A stretch of 63,010 bases of DNA, the filler included, from an uncultured bacterium (lineage in GTDB: Bacteria > Hinthialibacterota > Hinthialibacteria > Hinthialibacterales > Hinthialibacteraceae), in NCBI GenBank assembly GCA_964449065.1. It is 2 parts of 2 records of this genome, joined end to end, with 100 filler letters (N's around TTAATTAATTAA, not from the genome) between each part and the next. Parts side by side here need not be neighbours in the genome. Positions count along the whole stretch, not along the records: positions 31,684 to 63,010 come from CAYVAZ010000015.1; 1 more part is not named here. The stretch is one strand, 5' to 3'. The position numbers and the translations under genes were made by a program. Each line of letters starts with the position of its first letter. The stretch's first letter is position 1. Below the pieces are notes generated by a model. The model ran no database searches and was not told the origin of the DNA. It saw only the letters and a list, made by a program, of their open reading frames with translations. This document shows positions 48,059 to 58,469 of the stretch, in pieces.

Positions 48059-49465
48059 ATGGCAGTAAATGTTGAAATTCCTGAAGTGGGCGAATCGGTC
48101 ACAGAAGTGATATTGGTAGAATGGTTAAAATCCGATGGGGATTATGTCCAAAAAGATGAACCTATATGTGTATTGGAGACCGATAAGGCGGATATTGAAT
48201 TGCCCGCGCCCGCTTCCGGCGCGTTGAGCCGAATCAGCAAAGAAGGCGAAACCATTGAAGTTGGCGGAAACGTTGCAACCATAGACGATAACGCCGAAAA
48301 AAGCACGGCAAAGAAATCGGCAGTAAAAGAAGCCCCCAAGCCTGAAGCGAAGCAAGAGCCAAAACAAAAAGAAGAGGGCATGTCTTCCCAGAAACAAGAG
48401 GCATCCGGTCAAACGAAAGCGCCGGAACAACCACGTGAACAGACGCAACTGGAAACGAAAGATAACGGTAAAAAAGCCGCGGTAGCAGAACCGGAACTGA
48501 GTCCGGCGGTTCGTCGTATTGTAGAAGAGTTTGAATTAGACCCGAGTGAAATCAATGGCAGTGGAAAAGACGGACGCCTTACCAAAGAAGATGTGATGCG
48601 CTATGTGAAAGAAGGCGTTTCCGGTCGATCCAAACCGGAGGGAAAAGAAAAGGATTCTGTCAGTAAAGAGAAACCAACTTCCCCAAAACCGGTGGAAAAT
48701 AAGTCCGATGACAAGCCCGTCGCCAGTCCCGAATCTGTTGATGAAGGCGCCATTCAGTTCGATCAAGACGGAACCAAGCGTGTAGCCCTCACAAAAATCC
48801 GAAAGAAAATCGCGGAACGTCTTGTCAAAGCCCAACAAACCGCCGCTTTACTGACAACGTTCAATGAAATTGACATGAAAGCGTTGTTGGATTTGCGCAA
48901 GAAATACAAAGAGTCGTTTGAGAACAAACATGGTGTGGGATTGGGCATGATGTCATTCTTTGCCCGGGCCTGTGTCTATGCCTTGGAAGAATGCCCGCGC
49001 ATGAACGCGTTTTTGGATGACGATGAAATTGTATATCATCAAAACATTAACATGGGGATTGCGGTCAGCACCGACCGGGGGTTGGTTGTACCCGTTGTAC
49101 ATAACACCAATGAAATGTCACTGGCCAAAATTGAATTGGAAATCCGGCGGCTGGCAACGGCGGCACGCGAAGGCAAACTGGGGATTAACGATTTAAGCGG
49201 TGGAACGTTCTCGATCACCAACGGGGGGGTGTTCGGTTCGTTGCTTTCCACACCCATCATTAATATGCCCCAATCGGGTATATTGGGGATGCATACCATT
49301 CAAGAGAGACCGGTGGTAGTGAAGGGGCAAATTGAAATCCGGCCGATGATGTATGTCGCGCTAACGTATGATCATCGAATGATTGACGGTAAAGAAGCGG
49401 TGACGTTTTTGGTACGGGTGAAGCAAATGATTGAAGATCCTGCCCGGCTGTTGTTGGAAGTTTGA
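48059..49465 (+). CDS. sucB: Dihydrolipoamide succinyltransferase E2
   Basis: Lipoyl motif ETDKA; E3-binding SPAVRR...[17 protein letters not shown]. Confidence 0.97.
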   Translation: MAVNVEIPEVGESVTEVILVEWLKSDGDYVQKDEPICVLETDKADIELPAPASGALSRISKEGETIEVGGNVATIDDNAEKSTAKKSAVKEAPKPEAKQEPKQKEEGMSSQKQEASGQTKAPEQPREQTQLETKDNGKKAAVAEPELSPAVRRIVEEFELDPSEINGSGKDGRLTKEDVMRYVKEGVSGRSKPEGKEKDSVSKEKPTSPKPVENKSDDKPVASPESVDEGAIQFDQDGTKRVALTKIRKKIAERLVKAQQTAALLTTFNEIDMKALLDLRKKYKESFENKHGVGLGMMSFFARACVYALEECPRMNAFLDDDEIVYHQNINMGIAVSTDRGLVVPVVHNTNEMSLAKIELEIRRLATAAREGKLGINDLSGGTFSITNGGVFGSLLSTPIINMPQSGILGMHTIQERPVVVKGQIEIRPMMYVALTYDHRMIDGKEAVTFLVRVKQMIEDPARLLLEV

Positions 49466-49515
49466 TCTCGACCTGTAACAAATAGATAATAGATCAGCCG
49501 CTTGAAGAGAAATTC

Positions 49516-49604
49516 CCCTCCCAAAGGTGGGAGGGGTTAAGGGAGGGTTTGAAGCACTGAGCGTTTAACCCCCACCTAGCCTCCCCCATTGCATTGGGGG
49601 AGGA
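49516..49604. repeat. Inverted pair of CCCCTCCC/GGGAGGGG-type palindromic repeats
   Basis: Related copies at about 13400-13498, 14737-14768, 19190-19230 and 29839-29872. Confidence 0.65.
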
Positions 49605-49680
49605 ATGAGAAAATCGATTCGATTTTTTGATTATGCACTTCATATCGCTGACCGGTTACACAAATAGAAAGGCAAAAAAC

Positions 49681-51090
49681 GTGTCTGATACTCAATATGA
49701 TTTGATTGTGATTGGCTCGGGTCCCGGCGGGTATGTCGCGGCCATCCGCGCGGCTCAGTTGGGATTGAAAACCGCATGTGTGGAAAAATGGAGTTCATTG
49801 GGTGGGACCTGTCTGAATGTCGGCTGCATTCCCAGCAAGGCCTTATTGGATTCCAGCGAACTGTATTACGAAGCCAAGCATAAATTTGCAACGCATGGCA
49901 TTCAAGCAAGCGGTATTTCACTTGATTTAGAAACCATGCTGAAACGCAAGGATAAAATCGTGAAACAACTGACCGGCGGCGTCAGCGGTTTATTTAAAGC
50001 CAATAAAGTCGATCAATACATCGGCACCGGATCCATTTTAGAACCGGGTGTCGTTGAAGTAGCGCAAGAAGATGGGAAAAAGCAACTGACCGCCGGCAAC
50101 ATCTTAATCGCAACCGGAAGCGAACCGGTTGAACTGCCGTTTATGAAGTTTGACGGCGATTATATCGTCAGTTCGACGGAAGCGCTGTCATTTGAGCGGG
50201 TGCCGGAAACAATGGCGGTCATCGGCGCGGGAGCGGTTGGATTGGAATTGGGTTCGGTTTGGAGCCGGTTGGGTACGAATGTGACCGTCGTCGAGATGCA
50301 AAAAAGCATTATTCCCGGTATGGATCAAGAGATGACCAAGCGGTTGAAGCGGTCGCTTGAAAAACAAGGATTGAAGTTTGAGATGGAAGCAAGCGCCAAA
50401 GGAGTGGAAATCAAAAATACCCAAGCGCACCTCACCATTAAAACCAATAGCGGTGAGGAGAAAGTGTTTGAATGCGATAAGGTTTTGGTTGCGGTCGGGC
50501 GCCGCCCCTTTACTCAAGGATTGGGACTGGAAAATCTCGGTTTAAAAACCAATGAGCGCGGATTTATTACCGTTAATAACAAATTCGAGACCAGTATACC
50601 GGGGATTTACGCAATCGGGGACGTGGTTCCGGGGTGGATGCTGGCGCACAAAGCCGAAGAAGAAGGCATCGCCGCGGTGGAAATCATGGCGGGCGAACCC
50701 GGCCATGTGAACTATGATGCCATCCCCGGTGTGGTGTACACTCATCCCGAATTGGCGTTTGTCGGCATTACGGAAGAGCAGGCGAAAGAAAAAGGAATCG
50801 ATTATAACGTTGGCAAATTTCCCTTCGCGGCAAACGGCAGGGCGCAGTGTATGGATGAAACCGACGGCCTCGTAAAAATACTTAGCGATGCCAAAACCGA
50901 TAAAATGCTGGGGATGCACATTCTGGCTCCACGGGCCTCGGATATCATTGCGGAAGGGGCGGTGGCGATGGAGTTCCATGCCAGCGCCGAAGATATCGCG
51001 CGGTCCGTACACGCGCACCCCACCTTGCCGGAAGCCATTAAAGAAGCGGCCCTGGCAGTGGATAAGCGGGCACTGCATTATACGAATTGA
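49681..51090 (+). CDS. lpdA: Dihydrolipoamide dehydrogenase E3
   Basis: GSGPGGYVAA, GGTCLNVGCIPSK and HAHPTLPE; GTG start at 49681 preferred. Confidence 0.97.
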   Translation: MSDTQYDLIVIGSGPGGYVAAIRAAQLGLKTACVEKWSSLGGTCLNVGCIPSKALLDSSELYYEAKHKFATHGIQASGISLDLETMLKRKDKIVKQLTGGVSGLFKANKVDQYIGTGSILEPGVVEVAQEDGKKQLTAGNILIATGSEPVELPFMKFDGDYIVSSTEALSFERVPETMAVIGAGAVGLELGSVWSRLGTNVTVVEMQKSIIPGMDQEMTKRLKRSLEKQGLKFEMEASAKGVEIKNTQAHLTIKTNSGEEKVFECDKVLVAVGRRPFTQGLGLENLGLKTNERGFITVNNKFETSIPGIYAIGDVVPGWMLAHKAEEEGIAAVEIMAGEPGHVNYDAIPGVVYTHPELAFVGITEEQAKEKGIDYNVGKFPFAANGRAQCMDETDGLVKILSDAKTDKMLGMHILAPRASDIIAEGAVAMEFHASAEDIARSVHAHPTLPEAIKEAALAVDKRALHYTN

Positions 51091-51240
51091 TTCAGAACAC
51101 GATCATTCCTGTCTACATAGTGATCAAATTCAGGGCGACTAGCAAAATAAATCAGGGGAATGCGTATTTCACAACGCTCCCCTGCTATTCCACTCTGAAA
51201 TGCTCTCATTCATTCTTTCGCTCAGGCTTATCACCAAGCT

Positions 51241-51325
51241 TATACCGATGCAATTTGATATTGGCTGCATATTGAAAACGTAACATCTTCCTTTCGCTGG
51301 GCTTACGCCGCGCTTATCAGTCATT
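51241..51325. repeat. Dispersed ~84-bp repeat, copy 3
   Basis: Close match to 13293-13376. Confidence 0.8.
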
Positions 51326-51417
51326 ATTGATTTGAAGTGGTATTGCACTAAAAAATGTATACGGTATACGTATCGTTTACTCTTGATATTGATAGAATTG
51401 TACTACAATATTTAGAG

Positions 51418-51566
51418 TAATACCAAGTTGCAATAAGAATGTTGGTTCAAATCGAGTGAGTAGAAATGGTCATGGTGGGCTACGCTTCGCTTTGATACCA
51501 CCCTACAGTTTCATTATCCCGTAGGGTTGCGTGAACGATCACTCACTTTTTATCTGCAATTTGGTA
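51418..51566. mobile_element. MITE-like element with REP-like cargo
   Basis: TAATACCAAGTTGCA...TGCAATTTGGTA ends; GGTGGG...CCACCCTAC inside. Confidence 0.6.
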
Positions 51567-51598
51567 GAAGACATTTATTCATCTTGGGGAGAAACACT

Positions 51599-52708
51599 AT
51601 GAAATTTCTAATTGCCCTTTGCGCTATTGCTTTACTTTCATCAAGTTCCTATGCGGATCTGGTGTTAGACAGTTTTGATAACGATCGTTCTCATACCAAC
51701 GGGGAAGGCACCGATACGTGGTGGAATCCGCCGGGCGATCCAACGTTTGTTCCATCGATAGAAACCAATAAAGTATTTGAAGGCAGCGGCGCACTTAAAG
51801 TTGAATGGGAAGACAAAGGGCTTTTTCCCAGTTTTTCCATATCCAATCTGAATCAAAATGGCAATAACGGTGCATTGTTTGATGAAGCCGATGCCGTGCG
51901 TGTCCGTATCGCCGGTGACGGTGGACGCATCATCATGAAACTTTCTGATTCCAACGGTGTCCGGACAGGTGATTTATCTGATGTAACCACATCCGGCAGC
52001 GATGAATATGAAGTCTATGAATTCCCATACTTTGAAACGGTTTTACAGAATTACCCAAATTTTGATCTCACACAAACAGCGGAAATGTCTCTGCTCATTG
52101 ACGCGGGCGAATTGGGTTCATCCGGCACAATCTATATCGACTCCATAGAACTGATATTGGGTTCCGGTGATACGGCAGAGGTTGTAGGCGTCCTTGATAA
52201 CTTTGACAACGATACCTCGATGGAAGACGATCCAAACGAGGCGGATTCTCTTCCATCCAGTTTTTCGAAAATCGCCGAGCGGTTCGCGCCGTATTCATTC
52301 TCCGTAGTGAATGGGCCGGCTGACCCCAACAACGCCGTCTTACAAATTGATTACGATACCAGCCCTTGGAACGTGATCTTCATATCCGAGTTGGATGTAA
52401 CCGATTGGAGTGCCGCGCATAGTGTTTCGATTGATGTTTATGGAACGGTGAATGATTTATTGATGAAATTACAGTTTGATGATTTGACGGAAAGCAATGA
52501 TTTGCCTCCAGTCTTACAAGATCATCAAGGTAACCAATGGGATACGTTAACCTGGACTTTTGACAATGTATCTCAAGACCGTCTTGCGTCGATTCGAAGT
52601 CTCCTGTTTTTTGTGGAAGGGCCGAATGGAGGCGAAGGGACAATCTTTGTCGATAATCTGACCCTGCTTGGTGAATTAACGGGTAACAAAGATTGGGAAA
52701 TCTATTAA
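51599..52708 (+). CDS. Secreted acidic protein with two carbohydrate-binding-like beta-sandwich repeats
   Basis: Signal peptide; two repeats running LDSFDND...GTIYIDSIEL and LDNFDND...GTIFVDNLTL; C-terminus NKDWEIY. Confidence 0.7.
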   Translation: MKFLIALCAIALLSSSSYADLVLDSFDNDRSHTNGEGTDTWWNPPGDPTFVPSIETNKVFEGSGALKVEWEDKGLFPSFSISNLNQNGNNGALFDEADAVRVRIAGDGGRIIMKLSDSNGVRTGDLSDVTTSGSDEYEVYEFPYFETVLQNYPNFDLTQTAEMSLLIDAGELGSSGTIYIDSIELILGSGDTAEVVGVLDNFDNDTSMEDDPNEADSLPSSFSKIAERFAPYSFSVVNGPADPNNAVLQIDYDTSPWNVIFISELDVTDWSAAHSVSIDVYGTVNDLLMKLQFDDLTESNDLPPVLQDHQGNQWDTLTWTFDNVSQDRLASIRSLLFFVEGPNGGEGTIFVDNLTLLGELTGNKDWEIY

Positions 52709-52712
52709 CCGC

Positions 52713-53270
52713 CTACTCTTTATCGTAGCGGTACACATGCAAGTCGGTCGCTGTCGGCTCTAAATTTGGGAACGCAAAAGCATGCACAATCACCCGGCAT
52801 CCGGGTTTGAGGGTATGCCATTTTTCCAGTTCAAAACGGGCCATCGCGCGGGGGCCGATAAAACAAAAGATCACATCGGCATCGCTTAAATCCGCATTCC
52901 AAAAGTTTTGCAAACGCACATCGCCGCTGCCGAACCATTTGGCGGCAAGATACAAATATATGGATATTTCATACCCGATTGTTTTCGCCCCCCGTTTCGC
53001 CGCCTCCCGCATAATGCGGCCATCACCGCATCCGAGATCATACACCAAATCTCCCGGCAGGATATCTGCGAGTTTGATCATACGTTTCAGAGTAGATTTA
53101 TCTGTGGGTAAAAAGGGGGAGCCAGAAAATGTGGTATAGACTGTCGGTAGAGTTAGAACAATTATGGGGATAACGATCCAGGCGGGGTTGATGCCAAAGA
53201 AACTTAGTAGATTGCCGAAAATAATGACCACTAGAATCAGAACGAAATAATCAACCAAAGCGAGGTACAT
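52713..53270 (-). CDS. Membrane-anchored class I SAM methyltransferase
   Basis: Two N-terminal TM helices; PFLPT; YDLGCGDGR; LKPGCRVI. Confidence 0.85.
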   Translation of the reverse strand: MYLALVDYFVLILVVIIFGNLLSFFGINPAWIVIPIIVLTLPTVYTTFSGSPFLPTDKSTLKRMIKLADILPGDLVYDLGCGDGRIMREAAKRGAKTIGYEISIYLYLAAKWFGSGDVRLQNFWNADLSDADVIFCFIGPRAMARFELEKWHTLKPGCRVIVHAFAFPNLEPTATDLHVYRYDKE

Positions 53271-53320
53271 CCTTTCTTGGATATCCCTGAAACTTATACA
53301 GAGAATTTACAGAATTCAAG

Positions 53321-53350
53321 TTGACGAAGCCTATCATTTCACTATAAAAT
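53321..53350 (+). promoter_or_regulatory. Possible sigma70 promoter for pilC
   Basis: TTGACG followed 18 nt later by TAAAAT. Confidence 0.45.
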
Positions 53351-53411
53351 ACTTTCATACACGTTATTATGTAAGATGATCTCTGGATAGTACGCCGGAT
53401 GGAGGCGAAGA

Positions 53412-54665
53412 ATGGCGAATTTCACGTACAAAGCCTTGGATAAAGGCGGCAAAGAAATTAAAGGAAGCATTGAAGCGACAGGCGAAGAGGCGGTTGTTGA
53501 GCGCCTGCGCAGTATGGGATATTACGTTACTCATGTCAATCAGTCAAAGAGAGGTGTTGGACAGGTTGACTTAAACGATCTGCCGATTGTACGGATAATC
53601 GGAAAGGTGATTACCCGCGGTAAAGTCGGGCTGAAGCCGATGGCCGCGTTTTCGCGGCAGATGGCTACGCTAATCGGTGCGGGTTTGCCTTTGTTACGCA
53701 GTTTGCAAATCCTTCAAGAACAAGTGGAAGACCGCAATTTAAAAGACGCGATACAAGATATTACCAGCTCGGTTGAAGACGGTTCAACCTTTTCCGAAGC
53801 GCTTGCGAAACACCCCAGAATATTTGACCGGCTTTATGTCAATATGATAAAGGCCGGTGAGATTGGCGGTGCTCTCGAACAGGTTTTGGACCGACTCGCG
53901 ATGTTCCAAGAAAAAAGCGCGGCGCTTCGGTCAAAGATCAAAGGAGCACTGCTTTATCCGATTGCGGTTATCTCTATCGCGATTGTCGTTGTCTGTGTCA
54001 TTATGATTTATGTGGTGCCGAAGTTCGAACAGATGTTTACCGAGCTTTCCGGTGGTGAAGACGGATTGCCCTGGCTGACGCAAATGTTGGTTGACGCCAG
54101 TAACGGATTGGTAACCTATTGGTGGATGCCGATTTTAACGATCATTGGTATCGTCGCGCTTTATTCCTTAATCAATAGTACAATGTATGGGAAATATACG
54201 ATTGACCGAATCAAACTAAGGCTCCCCATATTCGGATCAATTATCGCCAAAGGATCCATAGCCCGGTTTGCCAGAACGTTTGGGACGTTGTTGGATACCG
54301 GGGTTCCGATTTTGCAGACGTTGGTGATTGTTAAAGATACATCCGGGAACGAGGTTGTCGCCCGTGCAATGGTGGATATCCATGCTTCGATTCGCGACGG
54401 GGATACCGTTTCCGAACCGATGAAAAAGTTCCCCATCTTTCCCAGTCTTGTGGTACACATGATCGCGGTCGGTGAAGAAACCGGAGCGTTGGATAAGATG
54501 CTGCTAAAAGTCGCGGAGTCGTATGAACGCGAAGTGGATGATGCGGTTGAAGGTCTGGCAAAGTTGATCGAGCCGCTGATCATCGTTCTTCTTGGGGGAA
54601 TTATCGGAACGATCGTTGTCGCGTTGTATCTCCCAATCTTTGACGTTGTTAATAAGATTAAATAA
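53412..54665 (+). CDS. pilC: Type IV pilus / T2SS inner-membrane platform protein (PilC/GspF)
   Basis: FSRQMATLIGAGLPL, AGEIGGAL, VGEETGALD and IEPLII...LYLPIF. Confidence 0.93.
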   Translation: MANFTYKALDKGGKEIKGSIEATGEEAVVERLRSMGYYVTHVNQSKRGVGQVDLNDLPIVRIIGKVITRGKVGLKPMAAFSRQMATLIGAGLPLLRSLQILQEQVEDRNLKDAIQDITSSVEDGSTFSEALAKHPRIFDRLYVNMIKAGEIGGALEQVLDRLAMFQEKSAALRSKIKGALLYPIAVISIAIVVVCVIMIYVVPKFEQMFTELSGGEDGLPWLTQMLVDASNGLVTYWWMPILTIIGIVALYSLINSTMYGKYTIDRIKLRLPIFGSIIAKGSIARFARTFGTLLDTGVPILQTLVIVKDTSGNEVVARAMVDIHASIRDGDTVSEPMKKFPIFPSLVVHMIAVGEETGALDKMLLKVAESYEREVDDAVEGLAKLIEPLIIVLLGGIIGTIVVALYLPIFDVVNKIK

Positions 54666-54686
54666 ACCGATTGCAAAGAAGCATAC

Positions 54687-54723
54687 AAAACGCCCTTGAT
54701 TAAAATCAAGGGCGTTTTTTTTC
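54687..54723 (+). terminator. Intrinsic terminator
   Basis: AAAACGCCCTTGATT/AATCAAGGGCGTTTT stem followed by a T-tract. Confidence 0.85.
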
Positions 54724-54793
54724 TTGTTCAATATTATCTATAGAAAATCAATAGAAAATCTGGTAGAGTAAGTTGATTGCAAGAGGAATCATT

Positions 54794-55399
54794 ATGAGAA
54801 ACAAAGCATACAGTTATGGTTTTACTTTAATTGAGTTGCTGATCGTTGTTGCCATCATTGGGATATTAGCCGCTATTGCGGTTCCCAACTTCATCAATGC
54901 GCAGGTACGTGCGAAAGTCGCTCGAGTGGAGGCCGACCATAAATCCCTAGGCACAGCCATTGAGATGTACTTTTTAGATAACAATGCCTACATGCCTTAC
55001 GGCTTTTGGGGAGGCCATACCAGTCCGCTTTATTTTAACGCGCTTAGTACCCCGGTTCCCTACCTATCCAGTGCCGAATCGGTAGATGACCCGTTTCAAG
55101 TGGATGTCGATCAAGACGGCCAACCGGGGTTTCGATACGGGTATTTTGATCCCACTCTGGAAAATGGCCCTCGGCAAAAATTCTTTCGCCCTGGTGCCAT
55201 GCGGAATTGGAACGGAATCGAAATGCCCGGCAACTTCAAATGGTGGATCATCTCGCGCGGCCCCGATCAAATTATGGACGGTGACAGCGGCGGTGTCGCG
55301 CAAGGCCTTGTGACGGAAGCAGGCGCCAATATTTTTTTAGTGTATGAATCCAGCAATGGTACAATCAGCCGGGGAGACATTCACCGCTTTGGACCGTAA
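54794..55399 (+). CDS. Type IV pilin / pseudopilin-like protein 1
   Basis: G|FTLIELLIVVAIIGILAAIAVPNF N-methylation motif. Confidence 0.9.
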   Translation: MRNKAYSYGFTLIELLIVVAIIGILAAIAVPNFINAQVRAKVARVEADHKSLGTAIEMYFLDNNAYMPYGFWGGHTSPLYFNALSTPVPYLSSAESVDDPFQVDVDQDGQPGFRYGYFDPTLENGPRQKFFRPGAMRNWNGIEMPGNFKWWIISRGPDQIMDGDSGGVAQGLVTEAGANIFLVYESSNGTISRGDIHRFGP

Positions 55400-55416
55400 A
55401 TCTTTGGGAGGAAAGT

Positions 55417-56067
55417 ATGTTGAACTGTAAAGCCGGTTTTACCTTAATTGAGTTGTTAATCGTCGTTGCAATTATTGGTATTCTTGCCGCCATTGCCGTC
55501 CCCAACTTCTTGAACGCGCAAGTCCGCGCGAAAGTCGCCCGTTCACAGGCCGATATGAAATCTCTTGCGACTGCCATCGAATCATTCCGGTTGGATCAAG
55601 GGGCCTTGCTGGTTGATTTTTGGGATGAAGGGCATCCCGATACCATTGCCAGGCTTCAGGATTGGGGCTTTTGTTCTCCGGATAATTTGGATGATGCGGT
55701 TCGAAATCAAAAGTGTATTCTCGGCAATCTTACCAGCCCGGTTTCCTATATGTCATCCATCCCCAACGATCCCTTTTTTGGTAAAATCAGCGCCACAAGC
55801 GACCGGCTGCGAGAGGCTCTTGACGGGACGTATTTTTATGCGGATAACGAAGCGGTGAATCCCTCCGATGACCACAATATCGGAGCGCTCAAACCTGGCA
55901 ATGCACTTCGCTTAGGCCTTGAACCGCTGCGGGAAAATCAATGGGTCTTATTGGGCGCGGGTCCTGACACAAGTTTGGAAGAACTTAACAATGAAGTGGG
56001 TAGAGGGCAGCCTTATGATATCAGCAATGGATTAAACAGTGCCGGCGATATCACCATGCGGGGGTAA
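55417..56067 (+). CDS. Type IV pilin / pseudopilin-like protein 2
   Basis: G|FTLIELL motif; GGAGG SD. Confidence 0.9.
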   Translation: MLNCKAGFTLIELLIVVAIIGILAAIAVPNFLNAQVRAKVARSQADMKSLATAIESFRLDQGALLVDFWDEGHPDTIARLQDWGFCSPDNLDDAVRNQKCILGNLTSPVSYMSSIPNDPFFGKISATSDRLREALDGTYFYADNEAVNPSDDHNIGALKPGNALRLGLEPLRENQWVLLGAGPDTSLEELNNEVGRGQPYDISNGLNSAGDITMRG

Positions 56068-56070
56068 GTT

Positions 56071-56685
56071 ATGGGTTATAAAGCGTTTACTCTCATCGAA
56101 CTGCTGATTGTAGTCGCCATCATCGGTATTTTGGCAGCGATAGCCGTGCCTAACTTTCTAAATGCAAGAACCAAAGCGTTGGTAACGCGGTCTATCTCTG
56201 AAATCAAAGCGTTGTCTTCATCGATGGAAATGTACCGGATCGACAACAACTTTATTCCGTTTCGCCCGCCGGGTTGGCCCTGCGGCAATTGCGATGCCGA
56301 GCAGTTAAAAAGCACTTTCAACCCTGCTCCACTCACTTCACCGATTGCGTATATGAGTACGATTCCATACGATCCGTTTGTGACGGTGCCGGAAGTAAAG
56401 ACCAATGCGAACCGGGGCGACGGTTTGGATGCCGGTTGGTATCTGTATGTAGGAGTTCGCCCGGAAGGTGCTGTGAGTAATCCACACGGCAGCTGGCGGG
56501 TTTGGGGATTCGGGCCGGATCAATCCCGGCAAGCCATTCCGGTTCGGCCTTATGATTCCACAAATGGCTTGATTTCAAAAGGCGATATCATTGCCAGCGA
56601 AAAGCAGGGGTATGTAAACGAAGATATCGGCCACCTGTTTGGTATCTCATATACGCAAGAGATTGAAACCATTACCGCCAATTGA
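56071..56685 (+). CDS. Type IV pilin / pseudopilin-like protein 3
   Basis: A|FTLIELL motif. Confidence 0.9.
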   Translation: MGYKAFTLIELLIVVAIIGILAAIAVPNFLNARTKALVTRSISEIKALSSSMEMYRIDNNFIPFRPPGWPCGNCDAEQLKSTFNPAPLTSPIAYMSTIPYDPFVTVPEVKTNANRGDGLDAGWYLYVGVRPEGAVSNPHGSWRVWGFGPDQSRQAIPVRPYDSTNGLISKGDIIASEKQGYVNEDIGHLFGISYTQEIETITAN

Positions 56686-56806
56686 TACCGTAATAAACAT
56701 ATTCTTTATCTCAGGAATGATTGCATTATTCGAATTCACCAATGGATAAATCGCTTTATTTTTTTATTTGTTTGTATAATGTAGAAAACAGAATGGAGTT
56801 GTGGTA

Positions 56807-57091
56807 ATGAAAGTGGATTTAAAAGAAGAATCAAAAGATATCATTCAAAAAATAATTGATTCCGGTCAATTTTATTCGCCTGAAGATGTTATAGATGCAG
56901 CGTTGCGGTTATTGATAATCGATGGCGATAATGATGCCGAAATCGGCCCGAGGTTACTCAAGGAACTGATAGAGTCTTCCGATTCTTTAATACGTGGAGA
57001 AGGCACTGAATATGACAACAAATCTCTGATGGATTTAGCCGGTCAAGTTACAGAAGAAGGTAGAAAAAGGAAAAATATTGTTGTTTCATAA
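56807..57091 (+). CDS. ParD-like antitoxin
   Basis: IDSGQFYSPEDVIDAALRLL signature; directly upstream of the ParE-like gene. Confidence 0.75.
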   Translation: MKVDLKEESKDIIQKIIDSGQFYSPEDVIDAALRLLIIDGDNDAEIGPRLLKELIESSDSLIRGEGTEYDNKSLMDLAGQVTEEGRKRKNIVVS

Positions 57092-57097
57092 TTCGTT

Positions 57098-57400
57098 ATG
57101 AAAAATTTAAAAGTACATTTCTCTCCAGAAGCAAGAGATGATTTAGACCGGATATGGGATTATGTTTCAGAGTTTAGTGTTTCTTCAGCAGATAAAGCAA
57201 TAAACAATCTCATACATATAATATCATTAATTGCAGATTATCCTTTTATGGGTATTCACAAAGATCACAAACTCCCAGGGCTTAGAAGTTTTCCATATCG
57301 CAAATATATCATCTATTACACTGTATCCGAAATTCATATTAACATATTACGGATTATCCATAGCGCTTTAGATCCCGATAATCGTTATACTTTCGAGTAA
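57098..57400 (+). CDS. RelE/ParE family toxin
   Basis: FSPEARDDLDRIWDY, YPFMG, GLRSF, YIIYY and ILRIIH. Confidence 0.88.
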   Translation: MKNLKVHFSPEARDDLDRIWDYVSEFSVSSADKAINNLIHIISLIADYPFMGIHKDHKLPGLRSFPYRKYIIYYTVSEIHINILRIIHSALDPDNRYTFE

Positions 57401-57403
57401 CCT

Positions 57404-58444
57404 TTACTGCGTGGTCCAATTTAAGCCTAAATCCTTCATCATCTGCCAGTCGGCTTCGGGTTCGCGGCCCGCGGTGGTGAGATAATTGCCCACCATCATG
57501 CTATCGGCACCGGCAAAGAAGATCATGCTTTGCAGGTCGCGCAGGTTGGTTTCCCTGCCCCCGCAGATTTTGAGTTCAACCTTTGGTAAGATAAAGCGGT
57601 AGAGTGCAATGATCATCAAGCACTCCATCGGTTCGAGCGGAACGATGTTTTGCAATGGAGTGCCGTCTATCCGGTGCAAGAAATTCAGCGGAACCGTTTC
57701 CACTTCCAATTCACGCAACGTAAACGCCATGTCGATGCGGTCATCCACCGTTTCCCCCATCCCGAATATCCCACCGGAGCATAATTTGATGCCGCTGTTG
57801 CGGATATTCTTTAATGTCTGGACGCGGTCAGCAAAAGTGTGCGTGGTGCAAATCTCAGGATATTTGCGGCTGGATGTCTCTAAGTTGTGGTTGATCTGGG
57901 TTACGCCGCATTCGCGAAAGTAATCGACTACTTCTTGATCCAAGATACCGAACGAACCGTGAACTTCGATATCCACTTCACGCTTGATGGCTTTTACCAT
58001 CTCACCCACAGCCAACATTTCTTTCTCTTTTTTAACGCCATATCCGCTGATAACGATTCCAAACGATTCCGCGCCATCGGCTTTGGCCTGCTTTGCGACT
58101 TTAACAACCTCTTCCGGGGCCATGAAATCGTAGGTTGGCGCCTGGGTTTTGAAGTGCGCGGATTGCGCGCAGAAGGTGCAGTCTTCGCTGCAATTGCCGG
58201 ATTTCGCGTTTACGATAGAACACATACTGATGGTGTCGCTGCGAAAATGTTTGCGGATTTTCCCCGCATAGTGAAACATCTGCATTGCATCGGATTGCGG
58301 AATTGAGGCAATGACAGCGGCTTCGTATCTTGTCACACCGATTTCATCTTCAAGAATCCTGTTTGTAACCGTATTCAAAAATTCATTCAAATTGAATGGT
58401 TTATTGTTGGATCGATTTTCCAACACTTCTATCTGAGCTTGCAT
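57404..58444 (-). CDS. bioB: Biotin synthase
   Basis: CSIVNAKSGNCSEDCTFCAQS, NHNLETS, CSGGIFGMGE and GNYLTT. Confidence 0.95.
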   Translation of the reverse strand: MQAQIEVLENRSNNKPFNLNEFLNTVTNRILEDEIGVTRYEAAVIASIPQSDAMQMFHYAGKIRKHFRSDTISMCSIVNAKSGNCSEDCTFCAQSAHFKTQAPTYDFMAPEEVVKVAKQAKADGAESFGIVISGYGVKKEKEMLAVGEMVKAIKREVDIEVHGSFGILDQEVVDYFRECGVTQINHNLETSSRKYPEICTTHTFADRVQTLKNIRNSGIKLCSGGIFGMGETVDDRIDMAFTLRELEVETVPLNFLHRIDGTPLQNIVPLEPMECLMIIALYRFILPKVELKICGGRETNLRDLQSMIFFAGADSMMVGNYLTTAGREPEADWQMMKDLGLNWTTQ

Positions 58445-58469
58445 AGATTTCTCATCTCTTTCTGATTGA

